This document shows positions 54,344-64,000 of a stretch of 64,000 nt of DNA, one piece after another. Below the pieces are notes generated by a model. It worked only from the letters and a program-made list of their open reading frames with translations, was not told the DNA's origin and did no database searches. This DNA comes from Nageia nagi (Eukaryota > Plantae > Pinophyta), in the NCBI GenBank assembly GCA_050084985.1, contig JBITNC010000001.1:145762001-145826000 (forward strand), read 5' to 3'. The first letter of the stretch is position 1. Every line of letters starts with the position of its first letter. Both the position numbers and the translations under genes were made by a program.

Positions 54344-57300
54344 CCCTCATGGTTTGACACCTATGAACTAGCAACTCTTCATAAATATCATAATTTTTAA
54401 TTTGTTCAATATCTACTATAGATATCTACATATAGGTATGGACAAAGTATGTCATACATTCACATGCAAAGCTATCAAATGAATTCAAATATTATGCTCT
54501 CATGATTGAATAAACACCATTAATAACAAAGAATCCTATTATTATTATTACAAACTTCTTAATTAAGAAATCCATTCTTCAAATACACTTAAAAATTATC
54601 AAATAAAACTCAAAGCTTAGACTAAGCATTTTGGCACTAGTGGGTAAAATGTTAGAAAAGCACCTAGAAAAATGAGAGATATTCCTTCCTTCATGAGTTT
54701 CTACACCAAAATTTGGGAATAGAAGAGGAGTAAATGAATGATTTATTTTAGTAAGGGTTAACCTAGGTATTTATAACCAAAGGTTGCTATAGTCCATCCA
54801 AAAATATAACTATTTGTCTACATCATCATTTTTATTTGTGAGGGATAGGGAGGTTTATCATTTTATCATAGGATTTTGATAAATTTGTTTGTAAGTCCCA
54901 AGTCCTATAAAATATTTTGCATACCTCATATTAGGCATCAAAATATATAGAAAAGGTTTATTAATTATATTACATACCTAACATAAAACACCAAAATGTA
55001 TGGTAATATTCCCTCCATTATTTTTGCTAAACATCAAAATAGCCTTTAAACTATTATAAAATACTACAATAGTCCCTCATCCTTGAATGTTATTTTCACC
55101 TAACCTTAGAATTTATTATTTGTAAAAACTAAAATTCTTTGATGAAAAATTCAAATTCAAATATCTAGAATATTCTTTGCAACATTAAAAAATAATCAAT
55201 TAATTTTCCAAAGCAAATTCATGAATGCGCATCAATTTTTTAGCACACAAGTTTACCTATAAGGACTGCACATCCTACAAGGTAAATTTTATTAGTGCTT
55301 ATACAAGTATTATACACATCACAAGGATTGAATATCATGCACAATAATTATGATATGTAGGTATTTGATTTATAAAGGTTCCTATAGGCTTCAATGAATA
55401 AATGCCAATCATTTTCTCACTCTTACCAATCTATTCCCATAACCAACTCATATTTGGTTCCTTTAAGTCTCCAAACTAACTTTCATGCTAAGTTAACCTA
55501 TAACCTTTGTCACAACAACCTTGAAGACAACATCAAATCGGCACAAATATTGCATATAACCATTCACAATTAGTCATCTCATAACACATAGTCTGAATCC
55601 CATTCAAATTCTTGAAGGCATTCTAGTAATAATAAATGCAATTGGCTAGGTGGTTACACACTCTTGTAGACTATAATAATATCGATAATAACAAAATGAT
55701 ATAAAATAAATATTTAGTGATTATATTGGAATTACGTAAGTTAAATCTATGTAACTACATTTTCCCTACATTAAAAGCATAATTAAAAAAATACAAGTAT
55801 TTATAAATTATGCATTCTAAAGTAAAAGACAAAGAAAAATTCCTTGAATTTTTTGTTGATTTCATTCGATGATGATCACCCACTATGTGCCTCCTTTTTG
55901 ACTTGGATACTCTTTCACAACAAGATAAGAAAATAGTATTAAAGGGAAAATTTGCAAAATATTTTTTTCTTGGGAAATACAATCATCTATCCAAAGTAAC
56001 CATGGATGGGAATTCCTCATGGCATTTTTGCATGATTTTATGGAGTAAAGTCATCTACCAGATGACTCTCTCCTCGATTTTGTGTATAATATGATAATAA
56101 AAAATGATAAATACGAAACAACTAAAATGAGAATACATGATTCATTTGCTTGATTTTGTCAAAACAAACATGTTCAAAGATAAAAATGATCTTAGAAAAC
56201 CCTAAGAAAGCTTCTTCCCAAAATAAGACTATGATTATGTATGAAAAAGAGGATCTAGGATGATCCTTTTCATGATTCTGTTTCACCTAAAATCATTTTA
56301 TGAAGTAGATATCAATGCATGCATTGTGATTCTTGCTTCTAATTGTGATTCAATTTGACACCATGTAGTTGAAGCCCTCTCAGATGACTATCTTTAATAA
56401 GATTTTATTAGGAACCTCGACACGAAACACCAATGTTACGAAAATTGAATAACAAATCTTATAATCTTAAAAATCAATCCTAAAACTATAATAAAATATT
56501 ATATATATATGAGATTATTTTAATTTTATAATCAATTTTACATACTATTTTCTAGTCCTTTAGAAAATACCATCTAGACGTGAAAAACTCAAAGAATTCA
56601 TTTTTGACTGACAAATCACATATAATTTTCTACTCTTTAATAGAAAGCAATCAATATCACTCACAAATAAGGAGAAGCAATGTAAATGATCAAAGCTTTG
56701 TGTCTGAACTTTCTTAGTATTCTTATGGAGAGTATGATTCTACAACTGATTTCCATCAAATTTTTGAAATATAAATTTACAGAATTACAGTTTTAAATTT
56801 CTAATCTTTCATAAATTTACATTTTCTGATGTGAGTTTCTTCAGTCAACCAGAAAAATACACAAAATTACATTCTAAGTAAATGATCCACTATATACAGC
56901 CAAGTTAATAAACCATGAACTATATACAGTCAAGTTCATAAACAATGATAAAGAGTACAAATACAATATTTGTTTTAATAAAATTACTTGGATCTCTTCA
57001 TAATCCATCGAGGAAAATCTTTGAATTTACAGAAAGTCCTCAACATGTAAAGCTGTGACTCTATTCCCAAAACAAGTTAAATAGGATGTCAAATCTCATA
57101 ACAGATAAACTCAGCTCCTACTCCTGATCAAACCAAATAGACAACATTACAAATTAGTCTTCCAATCACTTGGGGATTCAGACTGTCAACTCTTCACAAG
57201 AATATTGAATTAACTAAACATCACAGCACACAAAATCATAACTGAACCATACTCAACCTACTGACCAGAACTTGTACAGATAGAGGCAACCTTACCATTT

Positions 57301-57475
57301 TCACTAGCATGCTACATTAAGCACCTTTATTTTCAGTATAAATCTGCCTCTAGATTATGGAAATAACTGGATGATGTTCTAATATAGAGGTAGAGCACAT
57401 GTGTCATAAGAAACCAATTCTTAGTTTAGAAGAGGCTACATCTTTGAAGACACGCATCGAATTTGCTTGTGCAGT

Positions 57476-58743
57476 CTAAACATTTTTGTAGATAGATGGT
57501 GGTAAAATCAGTTGATCTATATTGAGATTAACTGAAGACCATGGACATAGTGCCAAGCGTTCGGCAGGAGCTGATGCCAGAAGTTTTGGTAAATGTTTGG
57601 CAGGGTCTGATGCCAAACGTTTTGATGTGGAAAACCTCTGGGTCACCTAATTAAAAGCCCTGAGATGTGAGATTCCTGGATCCACGTTGCAGCATCCAAA
57701 TGTGTTAAACCTTTGGGTCACATAATTATATGCACGCCCACATCCATATCTGATATCAAGTACTGCAAAAGAACCCTTGAACTGTGCAAAATCGTGGTAG
57801 TTTTCCATTCGTAAACACCACAAAGCCTTAGGAAATTCAACAACTTTTTCCATAATAAATCCCCGAACTTCACCACCAGGGGGAAAAGGGTTCAACCGCC
57901 ATAGACTGATTCCTCTTCCAGTTGCGTTATTGTGTACTCTACGTTTTTGAAGGAACTCATCATAAACAGCTGGTTTTTGTAGGAAAACAAGGCAGGACTT
58001 GTCTGCCTATATCTTTGTTGATCCTCTCTTGTCAACCACATCCACTCAATAATCACATTCTCATTGTTTGCGACATTCAACCGACGCCAACTCTCTCCAA
58101 ATTTCCATATATGAAGAGGGTTTTGCACGCCATGGTATCGATCAAAACCTAGACCGTAAATCTCTCCATCTTCTCCTTTTTGCAGCTTGAAAAGGGGAGA
58201 AATTCATTTCCTATCCCCCGAGAGAGACTCTGGTTTCTTTTCAACCACACAGATCCACCTCTGGTGTCATAATATACGAAATCATCTTATGTGAATAACT
58301 CATGTTTTGTGTATGATACACATAACCTGCCAGTATAACAACAAGCCTCTCATGAATACAGACAATGTTTTTAAGGACGAGAATCTATTGCCATAGGCAA
58401 TTTTGAATTCGGAGCTTTGTCTCCAAGGATGAAAAGTTAGGAAGCAATTTGAATAGATGAGGTTATAACACAGGTATCGTCGGGAGCATGCCACAATCTC
58501 ATCCATGTGACGAACCCCATTTGTATCATCGGAGTTGTGCAAATGTTCCATGGGAATGTAGGGAAGGGGCATATATTTGCGGTTGCCGTTCTCCTGCTCC
58601 TCTTGGTTGTTTAGAAGAAGATTAGGACGCCATGATGTTGTCCCGTCATAGAGGAGACCTCCTGGTAATTCTTCCTCTCTTTCTTCTTCGCAGAGTTGGT
58701 GTTGGTTTAAAACATGCAGAGAATTTGGATCGTCGATTTCCAT
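57476..58743 (-). pseudogene. Disrupted F-box-associated kelch/beta-propeller-like gene; no F-box motif visible
   Basis: Start in good context (gccATGg, 58743). Motifs spread over three frames: LLYDGTTSW...LPYIP; EIVACSRRYLCY; LVVILAG; FVYYDTRGGSVW; PALFSYKNQLFMM; GISLWRL...MEKVVEFP; RAYNYVTQRF. This follows the motif order of plant F-box/kelch C-terminal domains. Needs at least 3 frameshifts and has a TAG at 57647-57649. Confidence 0.65.
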
Positions 58744-58786
58744 GGCTGTGGAAGAAGAAGCTTCGCCTTCTTGGATTTTAACAGAC

Positions 58787-58844
58787 GATAGAAAGGTGTA
58801 TGATCTGCTGAAGAGGATAGAGAGGTGCATGATCTACTGAAGAT
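58787..58844. repeat. 29-bp tandem duplication in the putative 5' UTR
   Basis: GATAGAAAGGTGTATGATCTGCTGAAGAG followed by GATAGAGAGGTGCATGATCTACTGAAGAT. Confidence 0.9.
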
Positions 58845-58937
58845 TTCTGGGGAATGGAATGATCCCGTTGAGCAGCGCCGTCTCCCCCTTAGCGTCTATA
58901 TTGGCGTCATGGGAGAAGATCAAGAACAGGACTAGTG

Positions 58938-58948
58938 CTTATATAAAA
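58938..58948 (-). promoter_or_regulatory. Putative TATA box of the kelch-like locus
   Basis: Minus-strand TTTTATATAAG about 200 bp upstream of ATG 58743, followed by a pyrimidine-rich tract, within a CpG-retaining island. Confidence 0.55.
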
Positions 58949-60049
58949 TGGAGCACTCCACAAAACAACAATATTGACGGATTGCAAAATATGAAACGAT
59001 TCAAATTCCTGTAGAATATGTTACATATTCAATATCGTCGGAGTTGCACTTTCAAAATGTTGTCATGGTAAGATGAATGCTCAAATAATGAATACAATTC
59101 TATCCAGCGGGTAAAGGAGCTTACACCGATGTGTACTTTGGAATTCCTATTTTGAATTTATTAAATGTAAATATTTAAGTAAAAATGTCTATGACGTAGC
59201 TACGTAATGGTTTCGTTAATATATATAAATATAAAACTAATTTAGGAATTAGTTGGTTTGCTATCTTTAATTAGAATTATGCTTATCACTTCTATTATAA
59301 CTTTTATCGGATTGAGTTAATTGTTAATTGTTTTCATTAAGTCAAGAGATAAAGAGTTATGTATAATATTGTTAATTATTTTACATTTATTTTTATATTA
59401 ATTTATAAGGTGATGTTCCTAGGTGAAGTTTATTATCAAAATTATTAAATAAAGAAAATGAAGTAGTATCTTTTTTATGAAAGTAAAGATGATTATTATT
59501 AAATTTCATAAGATAAATATATTGTTGGATTCTTATTGAAATGAATTTTCTAATAATGTATTGAATATGAAAATAAGAGTAATTTAACAAAAGTTATCAC
59601 ATCTAAAAGTTTACAACATTTGAAAGATAAAGGGATAAAAAAAAAAGGTTATATTAAATTACCCTTCCTAATATGCACCATGATTTGTCTTTCTAAGTTC
59701 TTGAATTTGTCTATTAATGGTTACTAACTTTTGTGATTAAAAAAAAAGAAGTCTTAATTAATAGTTATTTATTTTAATGAACATTTACAACATAATTATT
59801 TTATTGAAGTAAAATGTAAATTAATTCTTATTTTATTAAAATTACATAAAAAAATGTTAACGAGTTTTTACAATTGAATTTTCTTCTCCTTTATTAGTGT
59901 TATGCATAGCAGCAAATATTTCTAAATCATCGATTATAGGAATTTTAGGTATTTAAATATTCAAAATATATGAACTTTGAATATACCACCCTTTAGCCTC
60001 ACATTCACAAGTATAAAAAAAATTCTAGTGAATCTCAATACAATTTTAA

Positions 60050-61510
60050 CTTCTTTTATAAAGATAAAGAGAAATATGCACTTATATGATCAATATTTTT
60101 GTGAGCACTTTCCTTGAAATGATAAATAATTTAATATTTATCGATATAATCATTGATTATACCCAATATATACACTTTTGTGATACAAATATACCTGCAT
60201 CTTAAGTGCTCAAGATACTTTAGATCAATGAAAAATATATATTTCTAAAGACAATTAAACTCAGTACAAATCATATTAGGATACACCCCTATGGATAATC
60301 ATCTCTTTTTCAATAAAGATACTCATCTCTAAGTAACAATTGTGTCTAAGTAATTAGATGCAATAATCTACGAAATATTGTAGATGATTATCTCTGTAAT
60401 ATTATACATTATCATCTTAGTAAAATTAATATTATAGATGATAATGTTTGTAATATTATAGATGATCATCATTCTAATATTGCATACACTCATATATATT
60501 TTTTATCTTTGAATTTATCCATTATACAAATTGATAAACATAAATTAGTCATTTTCTAAAGGCCATTAATTTTATCATAGGTCCCAAACTAATGTAATTG
60601 ATATATTATTGGATAGCTCTCAAAATGATAGATGATCACCTATAGTAAAATGGAGATGCTCATCTATATAAAAATGCTAACGAGTTTTATGCAAAAAAGT
60701 ATTTGTAATCTATTGTAGATGATTGTCCATATTTCATTACACACTATAATTTTAATTTTTTTATAAAGATAAATAGAAATAGTCAATTATACCCCCTATA
60801 ATTTTTTAAGCACTCAACTTGAATTGATAAGTTATTTAATATTTATTGATATAATTACCAATTATACCAACTATATATACTTTATGTGATGCAAATATAT
60901 CTACATCAAAGGAACTCAAGACACTTTAGATCGATGGAAAAATTAGATTTTTAAGGATGATTAAACTTAGCAGGAATCAAATCTAGGATATACCCTATAG
61001 ATAATCATCTCTTTTTCACTAAAGATACTCATTACAAATAATTATATTTGAGTAATGAGAGATGATCATCTATGTAATTTTATAGATGATATTTTCTACA
61101 ATAAATTATATATGATCATTTGTAAAATTATAGATAATCATCTTTGTAATATTTTAGATAATCATCTTTTTAATAATATGGATTATCATCTTTTTAATAT
61201 TGTATATTCTCATATTCATTTTAAACCTTCAAATTTATGAGATACACAAATTGTTAAAAATGAATCAATCACTCTCTAAAGTCTGTGAATTTTATCATAG
61301 GTACCAAATCAATGTAAATGATATACCATTAGATATATCTAAAAAACTATTTAAAATGAGTAGTTATATGACCTCTTTTGAGCAAGGAATGAGTTATCAA
61401 AGGTAAAAAATGTAGACAATCATCTATGGTAAAATGTATATGTTCATCTGCATAAACTTACTGATGAGTTTTATGCAGATGAGCATCTACATTTTACTAT
61501 AGATGATACT
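60050..61510. repeat. Tandem duplication of about 0.7 kb (60050-60720 and 60755-61510), each copy with a 24-bp TAGATGATCATCT-type array
   Basis: Shared blocks CTCAAGA.ACTTTAGATC.ATG.AAAA, GATAATCATCTCTTTTTCA.TAAAGATACTCAT, TTTTATCATAGGT and GAGTTTTATGCA. Internal 24-nt periodicity at 60355-60485 and 61055-61215. Confidence 0.85.
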
Positions 61511-61699
61511 AAACCTTGTTATTGATCGATCTAAAGTAAATACAAGATCACTATATAATGGACCTCATTTACTTTAAACCATCAAGCAAACCCCCAATTT
61601 AATGAAGATACCTATTGTTAACAATAATCAAAATAATAGTTTAATATCAAACCAAGAAAAAATCGATCAAGAAGCCATAGTAAACATTGAAGAAGGTAG

Positions 61700-63130
61700 T
61701 CAAATGAAGTTGGAGGAGCTTCTACGCTACAAAGAAATTCATATTTTTTAATTATTTTCACTTCTTAGAATAGTAGAGGACTTCATGATACCTTGAAAAT
61801 TAGGATATTCAAAGTATTAATATGTTCTATTAGACTTATAGTTCATATTATAGAATAATAAAAATATCAATAGGAAAAGAAGGTAAGTGTAATTTTATTT
61901 TTTTGGTAAAGAGGATCATATTTTGCTATAAATTCAAATGGAAAACCAAGTGGTCTCATATCTCTTTGGGATAATTCATAGCTAGAATATATACTAGATT
62001 AGATTATGCAACTGATAAATGGATAGCAATAACATATAAAAGCCATGCTTAAAGATTAATTTTTGGTGTTACAAATGTCTATGCTTACCAATAATTTGCA
62101 TTGTAGGTCAAATGTTAGAGATAAATATCCAATTGTCTAGTTGTATATATTGATGCCCACTATTTTTTGGCAAGAGATTCTAATGCATTAGATTCTTGTT
62201 TGAAAAACTAGGAGGTAAATAACAGCTATAGAAGAAAGATATTCTATTTAATGAATTCATTGAAAAAAATCAATTTCTTGACTCACTTTGTAAACAAGGT
62301 AACTATAATTATATGAACAAATAAATAACTCATTATAAATTATGGAAAAATTAGATAGAATTCTTATTTTGTCTTAATATATATATGTAAAGGGATAATC
62401 TCTCAATAGGAAGTGTTGGGTCATAGTGGGTCACATAATTTTCCAAAAATAGTAAATGTTGATCTTCCATCCAAAAAAAGAGGCTCTAAATTCTTCTTTG
62501 AGAGAATATGGCTCTCCCATCCATCTTTTGGAAAACTTGTAGAAGGATAGTGGAAGTAAGGACTTACTTTACAAGGCAAAAATGTTTACCTTTCCAATTA
62601 AACCTAGATAACTCAAAGAAAAGTGAAAATTTTGGAATAAGCATTCTATTGGTAATATTTATAAGAAGAGGGTAAGCGTGAAATATGAATTGTAGTAGGT
62701 GGCTTTAAATTTACAAAGTGAACATAATGATATACTTATGTCCTAGGAATACATTCTCTCTCGATACCTTGATACAATATATCTTCAAGAAAAATATTTT
62801 ACAAGAAAAAATCTAGATTAAAATGGTTAAGGGAAGGTGATAAGAATATTAAATTATTTCATATATATATACACAATAGCTCATAGGGTAACAAATAGGA
62901 TATCTATTATGTCTAAGTTGGATAGAAGCATTATCTGATTTTGATATGAATTAGATGATCTTATTTACTCCTTTTATCCATGGTTATTAAGGGAGGAGGA
63001 ATGAAAATATGACCAAGAAAAATATATTTCTTTGATTTAGTACCACAACTTGTAATCATAACATAGAATTGTAAGTTAGAAATCCAACATTCCATTGAAG
63101 AAGTTGAAGAAATTGTATTTCAAATAAATA
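61700..63130 (+). mobile_element. Decayed L1-type LINE ORF2 (endonuclease C-terminus and linker), truncated before RT
   Basis: IMEKLDRILI; GSHNFP (cf. SDHxP); FFFERIWLSHPSFGKLVEG*W; FWNKHSIGNI; KSRLKWLREGDKNIKLFH. Confidence 0.88.
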
Positions 63131-63237
63131 CCTTTAGTGTACTAGGGTCTAGAAATTTTCCACCTAGGTTCTATTAATAATTTTGGCCTCTACTTAAGGA
63201 TGAAATGTTTGGTGTAGTCCTAGTGTAATGCAACCAA

Positions 63238-64000
63238 CCTAGAACTCAAAATTTAGGAACAATTATTTTTGAAAATAATCCTTGAGGATAGAATATTGCT
63301 CATAAATCTCTTGTCACACATGGATCATATGATGATACCTTCCATACTTTATCTAGATCTCATCTTCCTAAGGTAAGTACTAGAGCATATTCACCATGCA
63401 AGCCTATCTTGCTTACAAGTGGTTCCCCATGATGATCGTGTTCTAGTTTTGTTTGAGTAAGGATTTTACTATTACAGTGAGATAAGCTTGATCTTCAAGG
63501 AAACCTTCCAATATAACCTAATGGATAACATTAATATTAGGTTGGATTCCCCATATAAGATTTTTCCTATATTGATTATGTTTAAATCTTAGGTTTCATT
63601 AGGTAGTGTTAGGAATACTTACCATATTGGAAGTTTAGTTATATACTTGGGATTCTTACAAACCATAGTTTAGGGTTAATTCACAACATTTAGACTCATC
63701 CATTTATTTAATGATAACTTCATCAATAAATATATTGAGATCAAGATAATTTTATACCTTATCATGTGGAAGGAATCATTTTCTAAATCATTAATGTATT
63801 CAAAGATAATATTATGGAATTCAAATAATTTAGTTTAGTGATACAATTATTAATAAATACATTAAAATCCATTCCTTATTCTGTAAAACCCTAAACAAAG
63901 AGAGATAGATTTAGTATATCCTAGGTTTACCCCTTCAGATATTTATTTTAGATTCTTATCAATTAGTAGATTAGTTTTGTATTGACAATGCAATAGTTCA
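63238..64000 (+). mobile_element. LTR-like segment related to 1-1143, runs off the window
   Basis: See the alignment blocks listed for 1-1143. Confidence 0.5.

Noticed and set aside
57922-58152. 76-aa plus-strand ORF
   Set aside because: It is a shadow ORF antisense to the kelch-like sequence.
58548-58568. miR482/2118-like site CCATGGGAATGTAGGGAAGG
   Set aside because: It is antisense to the locus, matches poorly, and simply encodes PLPYIPM.
61055-61406. Short ORFs with DNHLCNI-type repeats
   Set aside because: 61055-61240 is the translation of the 24-bp tandem array, and 61200-61406 lies in the duplicated module with no coding evidence.

Overview
This is AT-rich, strongly CpG/CHG-depleted plant nuclear DNA; the PPR style and TE families suggest a large-genome gymnosperm/conifer (inference). 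It is mostly nested, decayed transposons and I found no clearly intact host protein-coding gene. Left to right: (1) an LTR end and a degenerate (TTAGGG/TGGTTAG)-like array; (2) a CACTA right end with a young solo LTR (TSD GAAAG) nearby; (3) a 14-28 kb block where a decayed CACTA TnpD transposase and TnpA-like exons are interleaved with PLS-type PPR fragments, including a CpG-retaining patchwork of short PPR pieces in both orientations (TAS-like candidate); (4) an old Gypsy gag remnant and an antisense plant mobile domain (PMD) ORF, split by a complete 6.08-kb LTR element (TSD ATATT, PBS-Met) whose interior is a nearly continuous ~1,100+ codon frame with no PR/RT/RH/IN motifs; (5) a decayed duplicate of the 3' flank of the gene at 57-59 kb, carrying a non-autonomous Copia-like element and a poly(A)-tailed insertion; (6) a CpG-retaining, TATA-bearing but frameshifted F-box-associated kelch-like pseudogene; (7) a 0.7-kb tandem duplication, an L1 LINE ORF2 remnant, and an LTR related to the one at the window start. 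All alignments and identities were judged by eye.
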